A model generated the notes under the pieces. It saw nothing but the letters and a program-made list of their open reading frames with translations. It searched no databases and was not told the origin of the DNA. A stretch of 60,591 nt of DNA, the filler included, from Squatina squatina (lineage: Eukaryota), in assembly GCA_031763465.1 (NCBI GenBank). It is 4 parts of 4 records of this genome, joined end to end, with 100 filler letters (N's around TTAATTAATTAA, not from the genome) between each part and the next. Parts side by side here need not be neighbours in the genome. Positions count along the whole stretch, not along the records: positions 13,203 to 26,495 come from JARFOE010000222.1; 3 more parts are not named here. One strand, 5' to 3'. Below are positions 13,210 to 24,250 of the stretch, one piece after another. The position numbers and the translations under genes were made by a program. Every line of letters begins with the position of its first letter. Position 1 is the stretch's first letter.

Positions 13210-13385
13210 CTGAGTCTCCCTGCAGAACTTCTCCACACAATAGTCTATTCTCCTTTTTGATATTGTTTGTGTTCCTGCATGATGGAATTCTGTTCCCGTC
13301 TGTTTGTGTTTGTAGCCACCCAAAAAAGGCTTGTGATAGGGAAGTCTTTCAATCTCCACCACCACACAGCAACATGTCTGGTCAT
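13210..13385 (-). CDS. IQUB: IQ motif and ubiquitin domain-containing protein, internal exon
   Basis: tag|..DQTCCCVVVEIERLPYHKPFLGGYKHKQTGTEFHHAGTQTISKRRIDYCVEKFCRETQ|gt resembles recalled IQUB [24 protein letters not shown]...FCRDTQ. Confidence 0.92.
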
Positions 13386-13829
13386 CTACAAGAAATTAGT
13401 GTTGTTAGAAAAACATTTTCAGAATATCAAGTTGTTTGTAAGCAAACCTTTTTATCCAGTCTGTTTTTCCGCAATAATTTGTTTTAATGAAATTATGGAG
13501 TGGAACGCTTTGCTGTTCACGAAGTCTGTGGGATTGAGGGAAGGAGCCTATGGGCACATGCTGCCATCGGTAATACGCTGCACTGTAGGAATAACTTACA
13601 AGGTGGATAAAGTCTTGTATGGGAGAAGAAATCAAGGAGTTAGCCCATCCACATAAGGCTCCTATCACCTGACTATAGCAACCTTCACCCACCCCAACCC
13701 AAATTGCCTAGCAGTACACCCAGCCACACAAGTTGCCCCACTATTTTCAGATCTTATAATCTGAATCCAATCTTAGTTCTATAAAAAATATTTTGTAGTT
13801 AATCAATCAAATACTACCTTTACAGATAT

Positions 13830-14415
13830 TGGCCTTCGCCCAGCGCCGCTCATGTAGGTAAGTGAACCCTTTGTTATTCCAATGCCATTCTCCCTCGGTC
13901 TCACATAAAAGAGAAAACTGCGCTGACGGCTCAGCTAAGACTGGAGGTTTATTGAGTGAAAAATTGCAGCTGTGAGCCCATGCCCTACCATTTCTCGGTA
14001 CTGCACATTTGTTCATGAGCACAGCTCATCACTGACTGCTCAGGGAGCTTATGATATCTATAGTGAGACTTTAGAAAATCAGAATTTGAAACTGACCGCA
14101 ACTTCAGGATGTAGTGCATGCGCATATAAACACAGAAATCCTGAAGTTGCAGTCAGTCATTCGCTGCTCCAAAATTGGCTGCACTGTGGCCCCCAACCAC
14201 CCCCAACAGTCGGCAATCAGTGAAACCTTGGCTTTTCGGCGGTAATATTGCTATTAAATACACCAGTAAATGTTGGGTCATGCTGGATTTGGTGCAGCTG
14301 GGGTTTTAACAATGTATTAACTGCTAAAGAAAGTTATGGCCCTGAAAAACTCATTTTAATTTTGTTGAAAGTTAAATTTTTCCATTATGATAAAAAATTA
14401 CAATTTAAGAAACTT
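13830..14415. mobile_element. Non-autonomous DNA element related to 11449-12119
   Basis: Internal 20-bp hairpin ACTGACCGCAACTTCAGGAT / ATCCTGAAGTTGCAGTCAGT (14091-14157), homologous to GACAGCAACTTCC..GAAGTTGCTGTC in the other copies. Confidence 0.55.
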
Positions 14416-14813
14416 TGGAGCCAATATTCATCTCCTGTTGCACCCCATTAGCGCCTCAGAGGAAAAAAATGGCACCGGGAGGCGGCCATCTCGCCTCCCG
14501 GGAATTTCAGCTGGGGCGCAAAGGCCTTTACGCCTGGCCAGCTGAATTCTGTGGCGGGTCGGCGTGTGGCGTCGTCAAGACGGCGCCAACCTGCACCATG
14601 CAGCCGCACCCCCCCTTAGCAGCCCGTTTTAGTCCAGCAGGCGGATTTCACCCATGGGAGGCGGCTGCAGCACCGGGCGGTTACAGCGACAGCAAAAACT
14701 GTCACTGCAACGGCCATCTTATTTCTCGGCCGAGTTTGTTGTTGGCCGGATCCCTCTGGCTTGTGACCCGGTCGCTGGCGTCCCTGGCGGCCGAGTGTCC
14801 AGCTGTGGGGGGT
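14416..14813. mobile_element. GC-rich non-autonomous DNA element (Harbinger-like), gap-truncated
   Basis: 14430-14600 is a diverged reverse complement of 20336-20789 (CCCCATTAGCGCCTC, GAGGCGGCCAT.TCGCCTCC.GGGAA.TTCAGCT). Confidence 0.7.
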
Positions 14814-15809
14814 NNNNNNNNNNNNNNNNNNNNNNNNNNNNNNNNNNNNNNNNNNNNNNNNNNNNNNNNNNNNNNNNNNNNNNNNNNNNNNNNNNNNNNN
14901 NNNNNNNNNNNNNACAGAAGAATGTTAGCTGATAAACACTCAAATTTCATTAGATGCTCAAGCCTTAGGAATATGTACTAGGTTGAGGTTCAAAATCGAT
15001 TTCTGTTATGCATTCATTCAATATGAAGTTAGCATAGCATTCATAAGTGAAAAAATATAAAATCTAGTTCTTCATAACATTTTGAAAAAAATATTGTTTT
15101 AATTGCAATTCTGGTATGTTATTACCTTCAAACAATTTAAGGTTATAATATCAAGGCCTACTAAACACTGTTTTAGTTTCTCAGATTCAAACTTCAGCTA
15201 ATCAGGCAATTGTTCCCATCTCTCTGCACTAAAAAGATTATACACTCCTGCCTTCTTCCAGATATGCTGTTGGCTTCCGGCACAACAGTTTGGGCCATTC
15301 ACAGTAAAGGAGTCAATAGGTCATTACCAGAACTTTCAAACACATAACATGTTGATGGCACTGGAGGCACAACTGGCAAATTATGTCATCTCGCCAATCC
15401 TGCTTCCATCTATGACTTCAAGCTCCAAAGTAGTGGATGCAAGAACCGCACACCCATGTTACAAAGCCCCAGTACTTCTGGTACAGGATGGAGTCCTGGT
15501 ATAAATGGGTACCACTCCAAAAGAAAACCTTGTTACAATTGCACTCCAAATCCACCAAAAAGATTGTAGATTTTTTGTGAGCATGTATTCCACTTCGAAT
15601 TTTACATCAAGCTCAATTAAATTGGCTTGCTTTGATTTGCATTTCTTCAGTCAGAACTATGACACCTTATCAAAGTGGGGGGGAAAGATGGCAAATTTAT
15701 TAGCATCTTACCAGGGATGTTTACAGTTATGTACATAGACTTAAGAAGTTAGGGCTTTCTTTACTGGTGCTCAAAAGGTTTGGCAATTGACCTGAAAATG
15801 AAAGGTTAA

Positions 15810-16120
15810 GGTCAATGAGACCGTAATGAGAGGGTACAAATTTAAGGCAATCGCAAAAAGAATTAAATGTAAGGTTAGAAAAAAAAATCTTTACATAGAA
15901 ATGGTCAGAAGGTGGAATTCTCTGTCACAAACTGTGATTCCAGCAGAGTCCCGAGTACTTTCAAAAGGGAAGATGCTTGTAATAGTGTAATATTCAAAGT
16001 ATTTGGATAACAAGCAGGAATGGGATTAGACTAGGTGGCTCATGTTGATTAAAAACTCTGGCACATAACTGATGATTCAGATGGCCGATTTCTATGCTGG
16101 AACATTCTATGATCTACAAT
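15810..16120 (+). mobile_element. Old CR1 LINE 3' fragment
   Basis: Degenerate TRGH/RKNFFT.RVV..WNSL-type coding remnant followed by a TTCTATG-type tail. Confidence 0.6.
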
Positions 16121-16755
16121 ACATTTTGCAGCAATTCAGTGAACACTCAGCAATTTTTTTTTTATTGATTCAGGCTTACTGTCACATGTTATTTGCAGCA
16201 CTTTCGCCGGTAATTTCAATTCTTTTCCAAATTGCGCTTTTAGCTTTCCTGCTGTAAGGCAGATGGGGAGTGCCACCGTCATAACATCACCAGAAGGAAG
16301 TAGGGCAACTTTAACTAAATTTTAAAAAACAGTACAATAAATTAGTGTGCACACAATTTTTTTTTTTTATAAAAGTAGTGTTCTATTGAATATACATTTG
16401 AATGGATAAAAGCAAAAAAATTAACTCATTATTCATATTATAAGCTGGTACTTAACGGCTCGGAATTTACAATCAGCAGCGAAGCGACAGCATCTGTACA
16501 GTTTTGACCATTGCTCAATCAGCTTGCTGGTGTACAGAAGTATAATTCAGTAGCATTATGCAAATTTTAAATTTTGGCAAATCTTTCAAACTATTATATG
16601 CCATCCAACAGCCATACATTATACTGGCTAAAATAGGGAAATAAATTACAACTTGCTGTCCAATCAGTTAATAGTGTAAAACATATAAATTGGACCACAT
16701 TCAGTAATATTTTTCTGGTAATTCAGTATAAGTTCAACCCTTTGGCAGTCATTAC

Positions 16756-16878
16756 CTGTGGCTGTGCTACTTGCAAAGTCTGGTGATGGGGTCTTTGGTG
16801 GTGCAGGATATGATTGCAAAACTGATCTCCTTTTTAAGTCTCTGTCAGCAGCAGTTGGATAATGCAAACATTCAGGAG
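16756..16878 (-). CDS. IQUB: Probable upstream IQUB exon
   Basis: Polypyrimidine+TAG acceptor (alternative TAG 6 nt upstream), open frame (A)PECLHYPTAADRDLKRRSVLQSYPAPPKTPSPDFASSTAT, CAG|GTAAT donor; end resembles recalled DSLAT-V before the ubiquitin-like domain. Confidence 0.6.
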
Positions 16879-17172
16879 CTAAAGCTAAAAGCAACAGGAA
16901 GAAAATGAAAAGATAATGTAAAATTTAAAAGATATGAAGAAATACACAGCTGGTGCAGTTTAGCATGACAGGCTCCTTTCATTCATATCCTATAAGTCTG
17001 TATGTCTGGAGAATGGTAGAGCTTTCTGTATTATCTGTGTTTTTTCAATGATTCATTCATACATGTCTCCTTNNNNNNNNNNNNNNNNNNNNNNNNNNNN
17101 NNNNNNNNNNNNNNNNNNNNNNNNNNNNNNNNNNNNNNNNNNNNNNNNNNNNNNNNNNNNNNNNNNNNNNNN

Positions 17173-17345
17173 TCAAGAAGGAGTTAGATATAGTTCTTAA
17201 GGCTAAAGGGATCAAGGGATATGGGGAGAAAGCAGGGACAGGGTACTGAGTTTGGAAGATCATTGAATTGATCTCATTGAATGGTGGAGCAGGCTCAAAG
17301 GGCCAAGTGGCCGACTCCTGCTCCTATCTTCTATGTTTCTATGTA
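17173..17345 (+). mobile_element. CR1 LINE 3' end
   Basis: TTCAAGAAGGAGTTAGAT...GGCCGACTCCTGCTCCTAT with CTATGTTTCTATG tail. Confidence 0.75.
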
Positions 17346-17919
17346 TGGAGGCAAGTCAGGAGATATTGGTTTACCAAGACATGAAAACCTCATCAAATTT
17401 CTTAAACTCTTCACTTTCCGTTCAGAAATGCCTTTCAGATGTAATTCCTGCTGCATTATCCAAGTGTTAATTCAGATAATGGTGCAGTTTGAGTGGGGTC
17501 TCCACTCCAATCATTAGTCTGCTCAGATGTGTATTTTGATTTCAGTTTTCCTGCTTTCTCAAGGCTACACTGTTGCTCATTCTTTAAGCTCTTCACGACG
17601 ATTCAAAGACTGAGGTATTAATTCGGTGCCAATCTGTGCTCTCCTTGAATGCAAATACAGAGTGGCACTGGCAGTGATTCTTCTCTAATTTCTCCCTCCC
17701 AATGGATACAATCAAGTTTACCACATGTTGAATTGCAAGTGTTAATAACCTGCACCCACCACTCTGTGATATTCCCTAACAATTGTGACAGTTAACAATT
17801 TGCCCCACTTTAGAAATGTGGTATTAAAATATATGTATTAGAAATATTCTGACTGGATGAAAATCTGTAAATAAATATATCACTCCTGACTCGAAAACTA
17901 AGCTTTCAGTGATTTGAGA

Positions 17920-18300
17920 CAAGTACTAAAAAGTAAGGAGCTCCAGTTTCTAAAACTATTTCCTTTCCTCCCCTGCCAAAAGTGGCGATTCATGCTGGGG
18001 TACAATTTCAAAGGTATTCACAATCCTTCAGTACCGCACCTAAATCATTGTTTATGTATGAACCTCAATAGTGGGTGAGGACCAGTGATTCAAGAATGCA
18101 TCACTGCTAAGCCCAAACGCATTCTCACCTAAAATCTACACATAGGATTTCCAGTAAGGACACTGAATAGCGATTAGGCATGGCAATATTGGCTTCTCCT
18201 CCCTAACCCAAAGTAGCTAAGGCCATTGTACCGTCACCGCAGCCTAGGTCAGCTAGCTGAGCACAGATGAAGGATTGCACCCGAGATCGTGGCTGTGCCT
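17920..18300 (-). mobile_element. LF-SINE-like element, degenerate
   Basis: Reverse-complement similarity to 30515-30800 and same-strand similarity to 23420-23790. Confidence 0.55.
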
Positions 18301-18585
18301 TCAATTACAGTTATAAGCTGAGTAGGATGTCAGCAATGTTACAGAATGTGTATTTATGCAACCCAAACAGAATAAAATGCTTCACAAACAGAATTGGGAC
18401 TAAATGTGTATAAAAAGAGAAAACACAGGACCAATGATCTTGACAGGATGGAGTTCTCTCCATTTTGAGAGGAAAGTCCTTCTAACTATGATTGTTCCTT
18501 CTGCTGATGAAAAAATGCAACGGTTGCAATAGATTAATTGTATGGATTTTCATGTGGAGCCTTAAATACTCCAGCAGTGACATAC

Positions 18586-18651
18586 CTGTGAAATGACTTC
18601 CTCTATCTGGCCACAGTTGATTTTGTCTTCTAGCTTTTCAACATCATGCTC
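18586..18651 (-). CDS. NDUFA5: NADH:ubiquinone oxidoreductase subunit A5, penultimate exon
   Basis: cag|EHDVEKLEDKINCGQIEEVISQ|gtatg, 66 nt, phase 0-0; matches recalled [22 protein letters not shown]; lies between IQUB and ASB15; absent from the ORF track. Confidence 0.93.
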
Positions 18652-19605
18652 CTGCAATATACAATACAGAAGAGGTGACTTGGAATGTCGCTTGTGTACA
18701 GGGTTTCACTGGCTGTGAACTTACACTATCCATCTCATACCAATCATCTTTTATTAGATTTTGACACACCATAAAATATTCAGAGGGGANNNNNNNNNNN
18801 NNNNNNNNNNNNNNNNNNNNNNNNNNNNNNNNNNNNNNNNNNNNNNNNNNNNNNNNNNNNNNNNNNNNNNNNNNNNNNNNNNNNNNNNNGAGAGGACATG
18901 AGGGTAAATGGGAACGAGATTAGAGAGAGATGCAGGTTCAGGGTTAGTCGGAGAAGGTTCAGTTTGGTGGGAGAGGGGGGAAGCTGAAGGGTAGTTGAAT
19001 GGGTGATCTTCAGCTTAGTGGCAAAGAAGCCCATTAGCACCTTGCATTTCTTGTTGGAGGAGGCAGGGTCAGGGGTTTAAACCCCAATGCGTTATCACCT
19101 AATGCACCTCCTTCAAAAGCTTCCTCAAAATGTAACCCTTTGATTAACTCATTGATCACCTTCCCTAATTCTTCTATCACTGCTTGGTGTTCAGTTATTT
19201 TCATTCCTATGATGTGCTTTGGGACACATTATATTAAATATAAATGGATATTGTTACTGTAAGGAAGGAAGTCAGATATAACTTTTTAAAGAAAATATAA
19301 TTTTGAAACTGAAGCAATTATAGGCTCAAAGGACAATTGGAGGTATTTCTTGAGAGAGAAATATGATGAGAGAGTGTGGTAAGTTTATGAAAAAAGGATA
19401 GGCTTGTTTGAATCACATGCTCTTTTTCCTGTTATTAAAAGCTCTTATTCTAAGTTGCCAGTTAGAATGCCAGAGAAGCTCTCAATTGACTTATAGTCTC
19501 ATAACACACTGCCAAGCATCTATTATCCTGTACATAAGTTAACCATTACTCTCTTATTTTATCCCTTCCTTGTTAGGTCATAGTGCAGATTGTTCTATTC
19601 CCAAG

Positions 19606-19715
19606 ATGATGGATGAAAACACTGACTTGGTCAATGACCATCTGACTCAGTATGCAACCCAGCTGAGTCTTCAAGAGAGTATTGAAGCCAATAATCACTC
19701 ATCATCCTTAGAATT
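19606..19715 (+). CDS. ASB15: Ankyrin repeat and SOCS box 15, first coding exon (3' end uncertain)
   Basis: Acceptor TTAG at 19576; MMDENTDLVNDHLTQYATQLSLQESIEA resembles recalled [27 protein letters not shown]; no clear donor. Confidence 0.8.
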
Positions 19716-19784
19716 TACACCAATTGGATTTTGTGAACAGCCCAGATTAAACACAGTTCCGCATTGGCAGCAGGATAAGATATT

Positions 19785-20789
19785 GGGCCTGAAATGTCGT
19801 GGCGCCGCGTTTACAACGTGTACGGGGCAGTGCTGGCATTTCTCTCGGTAGAGCCCGCCCTGCCCCTCCCGGAATTGATCCATCTGGGGCACCTGCGTGA
19901 CGCCGCGCGCACCAAGACGCCCATGGGGCAGCAGTGCTCGGACGCCGGTGGCGTGGCTTCAGCGCCGCGTCATCAGTGTCAGAAATGCCGCTGACATCAG
20001 CAACATGGCCTTAAAGGGGAGGGCCGCTGGCCATCCTGATATAGCCCCGCGGCCTGACACTGGATCACCAGGGATGCCGGCGACCGGGCCACCAGCCTGG
20101 CACATGTGCCAGGTGAGGGGTTGGTGGCCCGATCCAGCTGAGGGCCGCCAGTTTTCAGCCAACTAGGAAGTCAGTCGGAAAATAAAGATGGCACCCAGAG
20201 ACGCAGACGCCCTCCGCTTTAACAGCCCCGTTGCAGCAACAGGTTTTGCTGCAACTGCCTGTGCTGTGGCCGCCTCCCGCAGGTGGTTTTAGCCTGCGGG
20301 GCGCAAACGGAGAGCGGAGGGTGTTGCGACTGCGCGGTGCGGGTTGGCGTGCGTTTTGATGATGACCCGCGCTTTCGTGTCCTTTGTTCTATGACTTCAC
20401 AGAAATAGTGAGAGGGTTCCAGCACATAAGAAGTCTTTATTAACTCGGACAGAATAACAACTATCTTACAAAGTGGATGCTCACAGCCGACCGCACACCC
20501 TCATGGCATGTACCGGGCAAGACACACATCTATACACAAAACACACACACAGCTCGCCACAGCGCCATCTGCTGCACGGGAGGAGGTGTGACAGGGCTGA
20601 GACATCCTGGGACAGCGCCACCAGTGGCCAGGAGGAAACAAACATCACACGCGCCGACCCGCTACGAAATTCAGCTAGCGAGGCGCCCGAGCTGAATTTC
20701 CCAGGAGGCGATATGGCCGCCTCATGACGCCTTTTTTTTAAATGTCCCACTAGTGCCCCTCGGAGGCGCTAATGGGGCATTACAGGAGA
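19785..20789. mobile_element. GC-rich non-autonomous DNA element in ASB15, interrupted by a solo LTR
   Basis: Starts GGGCCTGAAAT; right part is an inverted homologue of 14416-14813. Confidence 0.7.
20373..20649 (-). mobile_element. Solo LTR (277 bp) with 5-bp TSD
   Basis: CGCGC at 20368-20372 and 20650-20654; termini TTTCGTGT...ACATCACA (TG..CA with one mismatch); minus-strand AATAAA near 20435; host sequence is contiguous in the 14560 copy. Confidence 0.75.
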
Positions 20790-21189
20790 NNNNNNNNNNN
20801 NNNNNNNNNNNNNNNNNNNNNNNNNNNNNNNNNNNNNNNNNNNNNNNNNNNNNNNNNNNNNNNNNNNNNNNNNNNNNNNNNNNNNNNNNTAATTTAGAGC
20901 ATAGGATTCCAACTGGAATTCAGATGTCCAGAATTTTAATTGTAGCAATGATAAATCTCACTAGCAAAACACTGGGATAGAACGCCGCAAAAACAAATAA
21001 ACTGCTAAAAAAAATTGAAAATTCAGTTGTCACAAACCATTTAATATATGATTCAAAAATGCACCTTGAAACAGACACTTCCTCAGCTCAGGACATGCCT
21101 GACCCTGATTATTCCTGTGCTAATTTCAACATGATTTGTATTGTTTTTTCATATTGATATTATGCTGTTTCCTGTTTTTGAAGAGGGCA

Positions 21190-21690
21190 CTGTAACCTGA
21201 ACTGAAGCCATTGCCTTTGTCCCCGGCCACAAACTTCATTCTCGCCTGGCCAGTCTCTCACTTACACCCTTTATAAACTTGAGTTCATCCAAACTCTGCT
21301 GCCTGTATTCTAACCTGCACCAAGTTCTGCTTGCTGACCTACATTTACTCATGGCCCACCAATCCCTCAATTTTAAGATTCTCATCCTTGTGTTCAAATC
21401 CCTCCATGGCTTTGCCCCTCTCCATCTCTGTAACCTCTTTCAGTCCTACCACCCTCTGGGAACTCTGCATTCCTCCAACTTTGGCCTCATGTGTATCCCC
21501 CATTCCCTTTGCCCAACCATTGACAGCCATGCCTTCAGCGAGCTAGATATCAAGTTCTGGAATTTCCTCCCTACCCACCTCCACCTATCTCCTCCTTTAA
21601 GACCCTCCTTAAAACTTATATCTTTGACCAGGCTTTTGATCACCTACCCTAATATCTCCATCTTTGGCTTAGTGTCAGTTTTTGACTGAA
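21190..21690 (+). mobile_element. L2 LINE 3' fragment
   Basis: NFKILILVFKSLHGFAPLHLCNL...AFS...FWNFLP translation. Confidence 0.8.
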
Positions 21691-21732
21691 TGATGTGCTC
21701 TCGAAATGACTGTTCTTTAACTTTGTTTGTAG

Positions 21733-21886
21733 TTCTGCGAGTTCATCACTGTTCCTTGGATGAGTCATTTGGTCGGCAGGGTAGTGCGCGTGCTGATAGA
21801 TTATGTGGATTACGTCTCCTTCTGCGTGAAATTAAAACCTGTACTTGAGAAGCAAAAGGAGTGGCCAGAGATCCGTGACATCATGG
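21733..21886 (+). CDS. ASB15: ASB15 penultimate exon
   Basis: tag|[51 protein letters not shown]|gtaa; 154 nt; close match to recalled human [17 protein letters not shown]. Confidence 0.96.
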
Positions 21887-22999
21887 GTAAATCTGCTTTC
21901 ATTTGCTTTCCGTGCTAGGGCACTGCATTATGCAGACTGAGAAAACCAGAAAGTGGCGGGGAAACAAACAAAACGGGTTACACTGACTTTTGATGAAAGG
22001 CCCCCACTGGTAATTTACAGTTTCTTTTTCAGATGCAGACTGAGCTACTGTGTTTTCCGGCATTTTCTGCTTTTACCTCAGGCTTTGAGTATTCGTAGTT
22101 GCCCCTTTTTATTTAGGACCGTATTGCTCCATGTTGGTGGATTGCAGTACTTTTAAACTTTTGATGGCTTTGGATCTTTTTGCTGTGAGAATAAAGCGTA
22201 GACCAAAGCTACAGGCTTTAACCTGAGCTTACCCAGAGAAAATAAGCCCTGTTCTTATGGGTCTATATAGTTCCTTGGTTCTGCTGNNNNNNNNNNNNNN
22301 NNNNNNNNNNNNNNNNNNNNNNNNNNNNNNNNNNNNNNNNNNNNNNNNNNNNNNNNNNNNNNNNNNNNNNNNNNNNNNNNNNNNNNNNNNNNNNNNNNNN
22401 NNNNNNNNNNNNNNNNNNNNNNNNNNNNNNNNNNNNNNNNNNNNNNNNNNNNNNNNNNNNNNNNNNNNNNNNNNNNNNNNNNNNNNNNNNNNNNNNNNNN
22501 NNNNNNNNNNNNNNNNNNNNNNNNNNNNNNNNNNNNNNNNNNNNNNNNNNNNNNNNNNNNNNNNNNNNNNNNNNNNNNNNNNNNNNNNNNNNNNNNNNNN
22601 NNNNNNNNNNNNNNNNNNNNNNNNNNNNNNNNNNNNNNNNNNNNNNNNNNNNNNNNNNNNNNNNNNNNNNNNNNNNNNNNNNNNNNNNNNNNNNNNNNNN
22701 NNNNNNNNNNNNNNNNNNNNNNNNNNNNNNNNNNNNNNNNNNNNNNNNNNNNNNNNNNNNNNNNNNNNNNNNNNNNNNNNNNNNNNNNNNNNNNNNNNNN
22801 NNNNNNNNNNNNNNNNNNNNNNNNNNNNNNNNNNNNNNNNNNNNNNNNNNNNNNNNNNNNNNNNNNNNNNNNNNNNNNNNNNNNNAGCGGATCCCTGTGA
22901 AGGAGCTGAACGCACACTTAGAGTTGTAACAAACATCAGGCTCATGACGATCTCTGCTGGTGTTATTTCAGCTTGCTCACGCTGTTGGGGTCATTAACT

Positions 23000-23310
23000 C
23001 TTCCAGGATACTTATCCAGTAGTTGAAGGGTCCAGAACAAGGGAACATAGATATAAGATTAAATGTAAGAATCTAACACCGAAAGCTGGAGAAACATTTT
23101 TTTATACTGATAGTGTGAGGCAGTGAAATTCACTACCAGAGTTAATGACTGAAACAGAGACCATGTCAGCATTTAACAATAGGTTAGCTAGCTGGCTGAA
23201 GGAAAGGGGATAACAGGATGTGGTAACAGGGTGGGCACATGGGATTAGGACTACAGCTGATGTGGACTAGTTGGGCCAAGCAGCCTGTTTCCCTGTTGTA
23301 GTTTCTGTGT
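23000..23310 (+). mobile_element. Old CR1 LINE 3' fragment
   Basis: SRTR.H-type remnant and terminal GGGCC...CCTGTTTCC.TG.TGTA. Confidence 0.6.
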
Positions 23311-23419
23311 AATTGTTATTTCTATTGGTATAATCAGCACTGAATGTTTAAACAAAACTGTTCAAAAAGAGTTCAAATTAATCACGCTTTGCAATAAGGT
23401 ACTGATAGCCAGAATATTT

Positions 23420-23790
23420 TCCTCCTGCCACCTCCCTGAAAGCATGGATATGATTAAGTAGGTAATGGCAGCTCCCTGGTACCTTGCCCAGGTGCTCATT
23501 CTTCACACATGAGCTAGACAATGAGTATCAGCAAGTTGTTCAACAGTGAAGAGTGTTACAGTTTATCCATTACTATCCGCAACCAAAATCCACACATCCA
23601 CATTATCTAACTGGACAGCACTTCGGAACAGAACCTCTGGCTGACTTTTCCCCTCCCCTACAGGGCCATGGAGAACTTACATAGCAGCCCTGGCTTTGAC
23701 ATTGCTAAGACCAACAAACTCAACATGCAGCAGGAATTGGATGTAGGACCAGTGTTACACAGGAGATGCCTTTACCACTTAAAACCATCA
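23420..23790 (-). mobile_element. LF-SINE-like element
   Basis: GTACCTTGCCCAGGTG..CATTCTTCACACATGAGC.AGACA.TGAGT.TCAGCA is the reverse complement of the recalled LF-SINE core. Confidence 0.6.
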
Positions 23791-24074
23791 AACGAGCCCT
23801 GGCTCTTTTTTAAGGGAATTTTAAATTATATTTTTAATTTTGAATGCCTTAACAAACCAAAGAATTCAATACTTCCTCCTGAATTTGCTTTCAAAGATAT
23901 GCAAAGAACATTATCCTACCTTACAATGCATTGCTGACCGCTCACTCAGATTTTGGTCTGTATTTTTGGAGTCTCGGTGGCACTTTTTCCACATAAGTAT
24001 TCAAAGTAGTGGAGGTTTGGTTAAAATTCACTCATTGGAAAAATAACATTGAAAAAACTTTGATTTTCTTGCAG

Positions 24075-24250
24075 AAAACCCTCGTTGTTTGAAGCACTTG
24101 TGCCGACTGGTAATACGTAAACACGTGGGGCAAAGACGACTGCAAAACCCTGCATGTTTAGCATTGCTTCCTCTCCCTCCAATACTGATGGACTACATCT
24201 TGTATAAAGAATATGACCTATATGGAAGAGGTCTTGGCTCACTGCATTAG
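24075..24250 (+). CDS. ASB15: ASB15 last exon (SOCS box) to stop
   Basis: cag|(E)NPRCLKHLCRLVIRKHVGQRRLQNPACLALLPLPPILMDYILYKEYDLYGRGLGSLH*; BC-box LKHLCR and Cul5-box LPLP. Confidence 0.96.

Noticed and set aside
13386-18585. Missing IQUB ubiquitin-like exons and NDUFA5 last exon as gene loss
   Set aside because: 100-N placeholder gaps at 14814 and 17073 can contain them
19794-20750. Cluster of GC-rich ORFs or a CpG-island promoter
   Set aside because: Lies within a repeat also present inverted at 14416; the ORFs reflect high GC
19716-21732. Ankyrin-less ASB15 (SOCS-box-only variant)
   Set aside because: The ankyrin exons most plausibly fall in the unsized gap at 20790-20889
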